Below, in pieces: positions 11,937 through 24,231 of a stretch of DNA of 64,000 nt. The notes beneath the pieces are model-generated. The model was not told the origin of the DNA and searched no databases. It saw only the letters and a program-made list of their open reading frames with translations. The translations under genes were made by a program, and so were the position numbers. Each line of letters begins with the position of its first letter. The stretch's first letter is position 1. Source of the DNA: Octopus sinensis (lineage: Eukaryota); assembly GCF_006345805.1 (NCBI RefSeq), contig NC_043001.1, positions 53,878,001 through 53,942,000 on the forward strand, in the 5' to 3' direction.

Positions 11937-12865
11937 TCAATAACGATGTTCCCACATTATATGGGTCACGTAAGGACCATAAACTCTACATAAACCATGG
12001 GGGGGAGGGCTCCAACCCGACCAGTTTGCAAAGCGAATATCTCCAGCAATTATACGCTATCCTACTTCCTCTTACAGGTGTTATGACCACTCACTGAAAT
12101 GTCCCCAAATGTCTGTGTAAGCACGGAGCATCTCCTCAGTAAAATCAGTTTCAACCATTCCAGCGACCGCATGCAATTTTTGGGATATGATCAGAAAGAT
12201 AGGTTTCGGCTATACAGGGGTACTAGAAAGAAGTTAGACAACATTATATTAAAAGAATTCAGAGATAACTGCCCTAGATATAGAAGTAGTAACTGGAATA
12301 AGATAGAAAGAGTTTCTAACAAACAAAGAGGGTAAACATGAGGTACAAGACCGACAAATATTAAGGAGTGATGTTTGTAGAGTCCGTAGCCCATGCAGAA
12401 CAAGCCCTGAGATTTAGGAAGGCTCTGGATGAAGCCAAACTCAATATTAATACTGTTGAAAAGCTAGTGGGCTTCATCAGTTCACAACAGCGTAGGACGT
12501 ACTCCTTTGAGAAGACCACATGCACCAACGATAATTGCATGGTATGTAAGATTAACCCTGGCGTTATGTGTAGAACTAGAAATGTAATCTACAGCATAAG
12601 CTGCATAGAGAGTGCTTCTAAAAACAAGAAAATTATATACATAGGTGACACATCTAGAAGCATTATGGAGAGACTAAAGGAACATTTGAAACAATATGAC
12701 AACAAAAAAGCAGTCCTACATACTCTAGCAACATGCCGAAGACCAACTTGGCGGCACACTGGGTCAGCAACACATCTGCATTTTATCCAAACACTCGAGA
12801 CACCCAACACTCAGAAAAATACAGGAGTACCTCCTCGTAAATAAAACATCCCCAGTACTACATAG
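11937..12865 (+). mobile_element. Penelope-like element, second copy with RT core deleted; GIY-YIG recognisable
   Basis: ORF 12368-12844: FVESVAHAEQALRFRKALDEAKLNINTVEK..CTNDNCMVCKINPGVMCRTRNVIYSISC..IYIGDTSRSIMERLKEHL. Confidence 0.9.
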
Positions 12866-14420
12866 GATATATATATATATATATATATACACACTTCATA
12901 TATACAGAGGCAGAGTTGTTAGTAGACTGTTATGCAGACGTATATATAAATGTGTATATATATATATAAATATGTGTGTGTGTGTGTGTGTTTGTGTGTA
13001 CGTATGTATGTATATATACTTATATAATCATATATGTAGGTAAATGGATATGTATGTAAACAGACAGATAGATAGATAAATAAGTACAGAGGTAATATGC
13101 ATAGACGCGCACATACACATACAAACATACATACGCAAATGAAGACTGAAATATATAAACATATACACACATGCACACATCACACACACACTCAAGGACA
13201 CATATGGAAACTCAACCATATATAACAGACGCACGCACATACATATGCAACTGATATACCCATTCATATATGCGCACTCATATAAGATAAAAGCATAATT
13301 ATTAGGATAAGGCATTAAAAGCATTCATTATTATACATACAAATATAATATATAATGAAGATAGTAATATAAAATGAAATGTTGAATATAACTATAGTTA
13401 TAAAATCAGGATCTAGTATATGGACTTATTAGAAAAAACATGAAAAAGAAAACATATATATGAAATTATATCAATGATAATTACAACAATGGCACCAATT
13501 GCACTGACATTATACGGGTTTAGAATGAAGGAATTATTAATTTTGAGAATAAATTATGAATAATATTAAATATTACTTATGCAAATATACGTCAACTGTG
13601 ATGTATGAATTTGAATTTCAGTCACTGTGATTTATGAAGTACGGTTCCTGGGTATTTTAATATTTTATAAAATTTTGTACAATCCACTTCGTGATTCTTT
13701 TGATTTTACGTAAATTCGGATACTGGATTGTCACCCTTACATAATTATCCTTATAGTTAATGCACTTTCATTTTGAGTAACTAATTCAAATGATGTTGGC
13801 CTCTATACAACAAATAATTAACCCCAACTTGACTCTAAATTAAACAACATTTTGGACGTTTTTCTTATTGAATATTTGTCGGAGAATTGTTAGATCCTAC
13901 GATATATCTTTCGTCTCTTATTTATTTGCAGATATTTTTTAAAAAATCAAATCTCGTCCTAAATTCATACCACTAATATTTGCCACATCTTTTAGATTTC
14001 ATTATTCCCTTTTGTTTATTTTCCGTTTTCGCCTTAGATAATATCCGTTTAAATATTATGTATCTCTTTGCATTGGGCACTTCAGCGACTTTAAGAAGCA
14101 ACATGTCTATCTTTTCTTTAGATAATTTTAATGCTTCTAGCGTCTGTCTGTTGCATATAACATATAGATATAACAAAATATCGCTATTTTCATGACTTCT
14201 CTAAGTTTATGCTTTTAAGTAATTAGCAGTGATGACAATTTAGCAGTGCCTTCTTGCTTAAGTTATAGAGCAATCATGTTGATTTTGATGCATCTTTCTT
14301 GGTTACCTTGATCCTTATTTTACCAAACCTTATGTTATTATTATTATTTATGCAAACCATTTTATTGATTATAACCTTAGTTTTATAATAATAAAATTGT
14401 TTTGTTTACAATTGGTGGTA

Positions 14421-15080
14421 ATATTGGTTTCAATCTTTGGTACAAGGGCAGCAATTTCAGGGGAGCAGGGAAATATCGAGCCCAGTGCTATCTACACTGG
14501 AACTTATTTTATTACCCCACCCTTAAATGCTTTAAGGTAAAGTCGATTTCGGCATAATTTGAACTTAGAACGTAGAGACGAACGAATGAAGCTAAGCACC
14601 ATTCTGCTAGCTCCATATTTAGTGGTAACATTGAGACTCCTTTAAAGCGATGAGCTTGCCAAATCGTTAGCACGCCGTTCGAAATAATTAGCGACATTTC
14701 GTCCGTCTTTGTCTTCTAAGTTCAAATTCCCCAGGGTTTGAATTTGTCTTTCATCCTTTCGCGGTTGACAAAAAGTACCAGTTGAGCACTGGATTCTATG
14801 TAACTGACTGACCCTCTCCACTTAAATTGCTGGCCTTGTACCAAAATTTGAAATTTTAAACCAATACTGAGACTGCTTACGGGAGTGTGCCGGCAGAATC
14901 TTTAGCCTGCCGGGTTAAGTGCTTAGAAGCATTTTGTCCGTCGTTATGATCTGACTCCAACGCAGTTGAATTGCCTTTTGTCTTTTCAGGGTTGATAAGG
15001 AAATGCCAGTTAAGCAGAGGGTTCAGTGTAATCGACTTACCCGACTTACTGGGGTTGTGCCAAAATTTGAAACCAATACT
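14421..15080. mobile_element. Three family-A SINEs: 14421-14615 (-), 14646-14868 (+), 14881-15080 (+)
   Basis: Shared head/body/tail motifs (gagctggcagaatcgttagc; cctttcatcctttc; gtgccaaaatttgaaaccaata). Confidence 0.85.
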
Positions 15081-16788
15081 AAGACAACTTTGTTGTTGAT
15101 AATGCTGTTGTTTAGTCCAATGTCGCCCCTAACTCCGGAGACCTGTGCTGAAATACTATTTGTCCTCTACAATTCTTTTTGATCTGCTAAATTATACGCA
15201 TGAAATATTATATAATATGTATATATATATAATATATATTTTTCAATGACAATATGGTATAATCTGCGAGATATGCATCTGCTATTTCTAAAATGTCGAG
15301 CGAGTAGTTAGACATGGTTTGCTCATATGATGAGGAATATCGACATTGCATCCTAGTCAGTAAGTTTGGTGCAGTCATTTGATATTTATTGCATCATATT
15401 TCTATTATTTTAGAGCAACAATTAGAAACACATTATTGTAACATCATTCATATAGCGTGTTGCATTTCTTCTTACATTTATAGTTAATTCAGTAACAAAT
15501 TCTAAACCTTAACTGTTAATTGTTAACCCTTAAACAATTACTGAATAATACTTTATCTCTAATTCTAAAGGAAAGCAACAATAGATTAGCCCGCTGGGTT
15601 ATATCAGGATTTGCAAAATGAGGATGCACGTAAATTATACAAACAGAGTATTTCATTAAAAAGAGGAAAATGTTATACTTCATTATGAATTAAAAGGGCA
15701 CATATGTTTACTCAACGTTTCCTCTCACTTTGTCTACTGATCACAAAGGGGAACTTGTTTCATGGTAGAAAAAATCAACTACACAACGTATTTTGAGTTT
15801 GAACTGCCAATTCACTACTTCACTTTCAATGAACATCCTAAGTGAAATCATTTAAAGAAATAAATAATCAATAATCAACGTTAGAAAAAGACATCAAAAC
15901 ATTTACCGAGCGGAGATTAAATACTCCAGAAGATTCTGAAGTAGAAAACATTTTCAAAATCCAACATGACAGTTTCTACAATATGTGGCACGCATCTGAC
16001 AAACGCGTTAACAAGGGTGACGTTACGTAATCTTTCGACTTGATAAAAATAGAAGCAGTAATCTCTCGCAAATCTCCGTCGATTTTCTTACATAAAGAAT
16101 TGTCACTCTGAGTTATGCAGTGCAACACGTAAATATACCGAGTGTCCTGAGTCGGAGTGACTTCAATTACAGGTCAGTAAGAGTTGATGTAGGTATGATA
16201 AATGTGATTATTCGTCATAGGAAAAAATTTGTCAAATACTGCCAGTGTCTTTAATTGTATATAATAGTTTCATTCATATTTCAAAATCGAATTACCTGTA
16301 TAATGAATTCGTATCAATACCAACCGAGGGCATTAATTTGCCCTCAGCTCTTTTAAATACTGTGTAAGGTAGAGTAAAAGCACTGATATTTAAATAGTCA
16401 ATATTAATGAGAAAATATGGCCGGCAATAGGTACCTTCATTTAAAGGAACGATACCTCATCATTAATATTTCTGAGTCAATTTAAAATCATTTCTAGGAG
16501 TTTTTTTTTACATTTAAGATTATTTTTTCTGCTTACAAACATTATCATGGTACCTTTAATTATTAATCAATGATATGCAATACATCACAATCTAATTACT
16601 GAGAATTCTTTAAATGATGCTCTATTCCAGTTTATGAAACGATTTTTTTTCTGATAGCATCTAATCTATGCTACATTACTGTGAAGGCAAATATCTATTC
16701 TATAATTGTTATTAGTTTTAAGAAGTATTTATTTTGCTTTTGATTCTGATACAAAAAACTGAGAAATTTTTCTTCTGCGAAAGCTTAC

Positions 16789-16961
16789 ATATTTTCCCTT
16801 ATAAACAGTTTGGAATAAATTACAAAATTATTAGAAACGCGATTAGCATGTGTAATAAATACTGACCAGAGTAAAACAGCGGTTGAGGATAGGCTAAGAT
16901 ATAAAGAACTTCTAGTAAAAGCATTCCTAACGTCTGCATTTCTTTTCACCTCTATGGCTTC
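16789..16961 (-). other. Candidate exon (173 nt, one open frame EAIEVKRN..IREN); coding status unknown
   Basis: Minus strand acceptor tttctcttgttatgtgcag| and donor aat at|gtaagc; no homology recognised. Confidence 0.25.
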
Positions 16962-18479
16962 CTGCACATAACAAGAGAAACCGCAAACAGCTAGCTAATT
17001 TCCTGTGAGGAAAACCACATTTCACTACTTAGTAACAAGCATAATTACTCCGTTGAACACTGACAAACCAAAGACCAAAGAGCTGTACTGAGAAAAGCAA
17101 TGAATACAATCTATCTTCGGACGCAGCTAGGTAACAACAGGAAACAGACAGCATGGTGAATGTATAGACTATTGAAAACGTATCTGGTACCATTTACGGA
17201 CAATATTTCTTTAAGTATTGAAAAGGAAACACAATCAACTCAGGTTTCATTTTAAAATACATCCGAATAAATAGGCATTCATATATATTAATAGGTGCTA
17301 TAATCTGTATGTGCAAATATTTCCATGTGTTCTTATGTTATTAACGGGTTACAAATGTAGCCAGACAAAGGGAATCATTTTATATGTGTGTGTGTGGGTG
17401 TATGTATGTGTGTATGTGGAAATATTCACGTAGCTATGTATAAGTATATGCACATTTTATACATACACATAAATACATGCCTATATATATATATATTTTC
17501 AATGTGGCTGTTTAATATCAATGAACAGCTTGAATTAAAAAGAACAAATGAAAAGAAAATAGTACTGTTTGCAAAGACAATTTTTAGGAGAAAGTAACAA
17601 TAGTTTTGAGAGGTTTTGTGCCACAGTGTAAAGGAACTATATAGAATTGCTTTCTTACTTACAGCTGAGAGATAAGACTGAAACTCGTTCTATATACCAA
17701 TACATTAGCCAAAGAAGAGAAATATCTTTTAAGTTGAATATGCGTGCGTGTAATTCCTGTGATGGTACATTTGTTATTGTTTGTATATTGAGAGATGTGT
17801 GGTAATGTGGTTTACAAAACTAGATATGTTTTTATCATCAATTTCTTTTTATTGTTCCTCCTCTGTGTGTGTGTGTTAGTGTGTGTGTGCGCGTGCGCGC
17901 GTGTATGCATAACGTTAGACAGAAACGTGTAAGAAAGATATGAGATAAAAAAAGAAGTGTTAGTGATATTTCCCGAGAAGAGGACAAGAAACAAAATACA
18001 TACTCAAGAGACAGTAACTGAAAGAGAAGGGTGTGCTGAGATGCTGCCAGGGAGGCAAATAATGAGTGCCAGTTAATATATTATTTAAGGAGTGAGAGAG
18101 AAAAAGAGAGAGAGAGAAAGAAAGAGAGAAGGAAAGAGAGAAAGAGACACAGCGGGGTAATGGAGTGTGCCTGTGTGTCTCTCTACATAAAAAGTGAAGT
18201 GAAAATTGCAAACAGAAAATTTGATACTTGTTTTTGTGTTTTAATTTCCGATCAGTTTTTGATGCGTTTACTTCCTGCTGGTTTCGTATTCATCATTTCC
18301 TATCGGTTTCACACTATCATCTAGTAATTCACAGTCTGCAGCAATCACTGTTTTACTTTTGCTTTTGCAGCGATATTCTATCACTCTTTCGATCTAGGTT
18401 TAATGGACTCTCACTCCCACTTTCTATCTTTTCCTCACTGTCTCTCTTTCTTTATGGACACATATGTATATTTACATAA

Positions 18480-18556
<77 letters not shown>
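18480..18556. repeat. (TG)n microsatellite
   Basis: Direct reading. Confidence 0.95.
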
Positions 18557-18558
<2 letters not shown>

Positions 18559-19006
18559 CGTTTGTGTGTAGTGTGAGAATTCAGTTCTCCACCTTTTTCA
18601 TATTCCTGTAAGAATTGTCTAAATTCTAGATATGCTTAAATTTATATGCGCCTTCCGGGTTAAGAATTTTTACCAAAAACTATTTAAAGGAACCCGATAC
18701 AGAGAAGTTTAAATGTGGAATGCAAAAACATTAATGAAATACATTGACATTTCTTGCATGTTCCAAAAACTACTTTCGAAATCTATGTGGATTTTAGGGA
18801 ACATTTCACGTTTATTGTCAGTGGCAGAGCTTGTGAGAAACAGAAAACAAATCGCTTCTTAATTCTACCACGTATTTGAAACAATATACGAACACAATAT
18901 ATAATGTAGTTGTAGACATTCCTGAGAAGACATCATTGTCGCGATTGATATACTCTATACCATGTCCTTTTAAAATCATGTCACAACTAATTTCAAAACA
19001 ATGGCT

Positions 19007-19430
19007 AATACTGGTTTCAAATTTTGAAACCAGCAAATTCGGAGAGCAGGAAAATCGATTACAAGACTCCAGTGCTGCATAGGTCTTTATTCGATCGATC
19101 CCGAAAGGATGAAAAACCAAATTCAACTACGGTGGCTTTTGAACTCAGAACATAAATACAGTTGAAATGCATATAAGCATTTTGTCTGGTTCGGTAACAG
19201 CCCTGCGAATTTGACGCCTGAAATCAATTTCTAATATTGACATTGTGTAATACCGGACAAAATGCTTAGCAGAATTTCATCCGTCTTCACTTTCTTAGTT
19301 CAAATTCCTCCGATGTCAACTCTGCCTTTCATCGTTTTGAGGTCGATAAAATAAGTACCAATTGAACACTGAGGGGAACTTACTCCTACCACGAAATTAC
19401 TGGCCTTGTTTCAAATTTGAAACCAATATT
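19007..19430. mobile_element. Head-to-head family-A SINE pair: ~19007-19220 (-) and ~19245-19430 (+)
   Basis: Tail aatactggtttcaaatttt at left, ttcaaatttgaaaccaatatt at right; body motifs in opposite orientation. Confidence 0.8.
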
Positions 19431-19726
19431 GGCTTATAGTTTAATGAATATAGCCGACTCTGCATCCTTCTTGGCTGGCAATAGACTTGGTAGTGAGCCA
19501 ACAGATGTTTTTTATTTAACAAACGAAGGAACTTCGACAATTGTGACCTTTCTCTTCTCTAATATCGTTGACCAACTGTGTTCACACAGCTTTGACTTCA
19601 ATTATTGTATAATATTGTTGATTTACTTTTATATATTGCCTAAAGTTCGTTTTCTGTTATCTTCTTGTGGTTTCTTCTACATTATCTCCAGTAACATTTA
19701 CTTCTTTATGTGTTGAGGCTTTAAGC

Positions 19727-19955
19727 CAGTATTTCTCAACCATTTTTTACTTTTAATTCCTATTTTTCTTGGGTGGAAGCTTACAGTCATGTTTGAAAAT
19801 TCCTGTTAAATTAATTATCATAAGGAATTGTGGAGAACGTACTTCAAATATTCAGTGTATTATAGAAGTATAAACAATTTATAGCAGAAATGTTTTAACA
19901 ACAAAACCTTATATGGACCCACAATGGCCACATGGACACCAATTGAGAACCACTA
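19727..19955. mobile_element. hAT (Charlie/Buster-like) MITE
   Basis: Ends cagtatttctcaac.. / ..ttgagaaccacta; flanks ctttaagc / ctttatgg (6/8 match, central TA) fit an 8-bp TSD. Confidence 0.7.
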
Positions 19956-20109
19956 CTTTATGGCATTGTTTACGGTCAGTTGTATTCTCCCATGCTTTCT
20001 CAAGCCACTCTCTTCTTTGAGATGCTGTTTGGCGACACACTTCCGTTTTTCTATGCCACGGTTTCTAATTCGCTTGCAAATATACTCTTAAAGATTTAGC
20101 TTTCTCCAC

Positions 20110-20640
20110 TTGCATCATGTGTAAACCCACAGCGAAATTGCTGTGGATGGGAAGATTTGCATCCTGCAAAACATTGTATCTGAAGACATGGTCTCGCCAT
20201 GAAACGTTCATGATTGATTCTAGCAGTCGGAATTGGCAGCTCATCAGATTTTTTATATACTGATGATACAGTGAATATATCACGACGGAATGTAACAGAG
20301 AGGATGTTACTACTCATCGGTAAATTACTGATCAGTACATTATGTGATCGATTGAATCCATACCAGATCCTTTGAGCTTTTGGAAAAAAATCGCAACAGT
20401 CTGTGTGCTGGCAATCCACCTCCACGTTGTCGAAACTCATACTGCTACTGTGCACATTTCCCTATACATACAGGCTGCTTCGTAATGATGATGGTCAGAT
20501 AGTTGTTATCGCGGACTCCGAGATGAGGTAGACGTACAGCAGGTGAGACCACATTTTCAGAATTAGGGGTTATTGTCTGAATATCTTGTTAGTAAGGAAC
20601 CACCACAGCTGAGTCATCATTGAAATATTTGCAACATTTC
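20110..20640 (+). mobile_element. piggyBac-like transposase relic
   Basis: Multi-frame: EIAVD..LLWMGRF..KTWSRHETFMIDSSS..FFIYTDDT..LLIGKLL..CDR..; follows the order of the piggyBac DDD domain (DESLLLWKGR..KxFxLxDS..FxIYTG). Confidence 0.55.
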
Positions 20641-22089
20641 TTAATAGATCTTATTCGTAGTATGTTCCGTTTGTTAGTTCACTTGCCATCCTACATATAT
20701 GTGTGTGTGTATGTATATGTGTGTGTGATTGTGTATGTCAGTGTATGTTTATGTGTATGTATATGATTTTAAGTTTGTGTATAGAGCTCTATCGGAGACA
20801 AAATTGAATAGGTTTGCAACTGCGCAGAAAATGGTAATTTTAATATGCATCATGAGTAAGACGTTGTAACATATAGCGGAATTTCGAAATTGTAGTTCAA
20901 GGTACTGTAAATTATGAAGGGAACCCATCATAAGGGTTATGAAGGGAACTTATGAAATTATGAAGGGAACCCATCGAGAGAAATGGCCGTGGATTGGCAT
21001 TTGGAAATTTATTTTTTTAACTATATATATTGATACGTTTTATAAAAAGAAAGGAAATGGAAGAAATATGTTCCTCACAAAACGATAAAGAAAAGACATA
21101 AGCATATTTGGAACAATATTTTGAAATAATTCAGTACACACTTGGCAAATATTTTCTTGAACACGGGATTATAAATGCAAATCAACTTCAATAGGAAGTG
21201 TACTTAGGTTCTAAATTTGTGCAGCTAAAGTTTTGTTCATTTTGCCACCACATATCGTCTACAGACTACCATAAAGCAATATTTAGTCAATTAAAGATCG
21301 TTTTTCTTTATCTTTATATGTTAACATTTTAACGTTGACCTATTTAACTACATTTTCATTATTTACATCTTGATTTTGATTGATATTTTCTTCTCTAAAC
21401 GTCAGTAATAATATACGACGTCACAAAATTTGCAAATGTTGCCATTATAAACTATATATTTTCGGAAAGATACTAATGTCTAGAGACAACAGTAGCTTCA
21501 TTACGTGTAACTTGTATTCTTGTACAAAATGAAAGGAACATTGTCGAGAGACAAACTATGATACGACAGGATATCAATATGCCAGATATTGTAGATTCTC
21601 AACATGAAATCAACTGTGACAATATATAGTCAGAATATTTTGAAAATTTCGGCCAGAATTGGCCCAGGCCATGGCTAACATTAATCGCACCACCTGAAAA
21701 AGACATTTTATGATGTTTCATATTACAGCCGTTGTTTGTGTACCATAGCCCGCTCGAGAAAAAATATATTGTTTGCGGAGCTAGATATGGGTGTAGGTGT
21801 TTCATCTGGAATTTGTTAGAGTCATTCGTACTACAGTTTTTGTCTTATGTGTCTTGTCATGATGTTAAAGTGAATTAGGCTCAGTTGAGATGAAATTGTT
21901 CTGTCTTAGTGTTGTCATGTGATGCGAGCATGTTTTTTTTTGTAGATGACTTATGGCACAGGGATCAAGATTTGGGCGAATTTTAATGTTGATGTTAACA
22001 TCATTTGAGTAATTTCACTGGAGTCGATATTTTGCACATAATACAAATTTTATAGCGTTGGTGGCAGTGATTGAGGGAATTAAGCCTGA

Positions 22090-23060
22090 GTTTCTCGAAA
22101 CGATTGCAGTAATCAAGATGCGTCATGTATATATTTTTATGATTGGTCTCTAGGGCGCTTCACTTTTTTAAAATTTTGTTTCGTGTAGGGAGACCACAGC
22201 GCACAACAATATTCAATGTGAGGACGAGCAAAGATGGAGAAGAGAAGGATAATGTTAGGAACGTCTCTCGACGGAAATGTCCTAAGATTCCAGGAGCACA
22301 ACCTGCTAGCTATGTTGAATTAGTTGCTTTCGTGGGCACTCCACCTTAAGTTATTATGGACGGTTACTCGGAGGTTGGTAGCGATGTTTAATGCCAGGAG
22401 ATTTTCACCAGAGTGAAGACTGATGGTAGCTTAATTGCAACCTTTTTATAGAAGTGGATTAATTCAAATTTATTTTCATTTAGCTGCATGTTTGTTTTTC
22501 CTCCCACCGAATAATGATTGGTGATTAATCTAGACTCCTGCTTAGAGTGATCTGCGAAAATTCTAATCCTGTTGTGTAGGATGACACCTGAATGTCATTG
22601 ATGTAAGTAATAGAAAGAAGTTGGCTCAATGGGGTGCCTTGTGGTATTCCACTGATGAATCCTACCGAGCATTATCGAACACCATCTATCACCACATGTT
22701 GGTTTCTGTTTTTCCAGGATCTTAGTTAATCCAATTCTCACCACTCTCACAAATAATTTGATGATATAAGAGCTAAGTAAGATCGATCGATAATTCACTG
22801 CGAGCGATTTGTTGCTAGCTTTGGGGACAATCGACTGATATAGGAAAATGTCTAGTATAAAGCTAGCGTCCAGTGCTTTCCACAAGAGAATAGCTAAAGT
22901 GAAATTCAGTTGATGCCGGTAATCGTTCAGGATTCTAGATGCGAATTTCTCGGGACCTGAAGCTGAATTAGTTGTAATTATTTTTATTGCTTCTACGATA
23001 TCCGTGGCGCCAAATTTTCAACGGATTTGTTTCACCGATGTTGTCAGGATTAGCCATTTT
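22090..23060 (-). mobile_element. CR1/L2-like LINE reverse transcriptase relic
   Basis: WKALDASF..PKASNKSLAVNYRSILLSSYIIKLFVRVVRIGLTKILE (NYRPISL pattern) and downstream SLLVLTLNIVVRCGLPTRNKI..L (VRPxLEYCxxVWSP region). Confidence 0.75.
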
Positions 23061-23189
23061 GGAATTGCTTTATGATATTCATATCTGTCAGTATTTCCCA
23101 TATGAATCATTGGATGAGTCAGAAAAATTGTAATGTAAAAATTATAAAATTACGGAGGCGGCAAGACGCAATTTAAAACCCAGAAGGAA

Positions 23190-23660
23190 AGCTTCAGTTG
23201 TCACTAATAGGCGCAGTTAGCTTCCCATGTATTGTGGTTTCTACAAAAATCACCCTTTGGAACTTGTCGGCATTGTACCACGTTTTCTTTTTGCTTGTTT
23301 TATCATAAATTCTCCCTACTTTATTCCACTGCTTACTACGGCACTTATGTTGTGTTCCATCGGCATCCTTATTCACAATCTCTTCAAGTTTTATGCTAGC
23401 CCCCTCTACACTCGTATTCTGTTTTTCTGATTGTTTATTTTTTTATGACCTCTGACAACTATATCCGGCCTTTTGGCCTTTATTTCTCTATGTGTGTGTA
23501 TTGACATATCCCATAGTATGGTTACTTGCTCGTTTTCTGTGACCTTCTCTGGAGTGTGCCTATACCATCTTTTTTCTGTTGTTATTCCATAGTATTGGCA
23601 TAGCTTTCAGTGTACATATGTCCCAACTCTGTCGTGTCTGTGAATATATACCTTCTTATG
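23190..23660 (-). mobile_element. R4/Dong-like non-LTR retrotransposon fragments
   Basis: RHDRVGTYVH*KLCQYYGITTEKRWYRHTPEKVTENEQVTILWDMSIHTHREIKAKRPDIVV (HDxV..LWD..RPD of the RLE); further along ETTIHGKL-type RT C-terminal piece. Confidence 0.8.
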
Positions 23661-23871
23661 ATTGAGTGATGGAGACAGAGAGAAAAAGAGAGAGAACAGT
23701 GCATGCTATCAGAGCGACACTGAATTACAAATATACGAAGCCCAGTATACCCATCATGACTACCCGTCTGATAAGGGTACACCAAGACCATGCATCACAA
23801 CCAACACTTCCAATCAGTTAAGATCAGAAGCCAAGAGAGCCATTGCTCTTATGGCTGCAACAGGACATCTA

Positions 23872-23901
23872 CTACTACTACAACTACTACTACTACTACT
23901 G

Positions 23902-23970
<69 letters not shown>

Positions 23971-24149
23971 TGATTATTATTATCATTAATATTATCATTA
24001 TCATTATTATTATTACTACTACTACTACAACTATTACTACTAGTACTATTACAACTACCACTACTATTACTACTAATATTACTACTACTACTACTACTAT
24101 TACTATTATCATTATCATTATTATTGTTATTATTATTATTAGTAGTAGT

Positions 24150-24230
<81 letters not shown>
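23872..24230. repeat. Compound trinucleotide array (CTA)n-(ATT/ATC)n-(AGC)n-(GTA)n
   Basis: Direct reading. Confidence 0.95.

Positions 24231-24231
<1 letters not shown>

Noticed and set aside
20908-20976. Short direct repeats with spacers, superficially CRISPR-like
   Set aside because: Only three 13-19 bp copies with very short uneven spacers, eukaryotic context, no cas genes.
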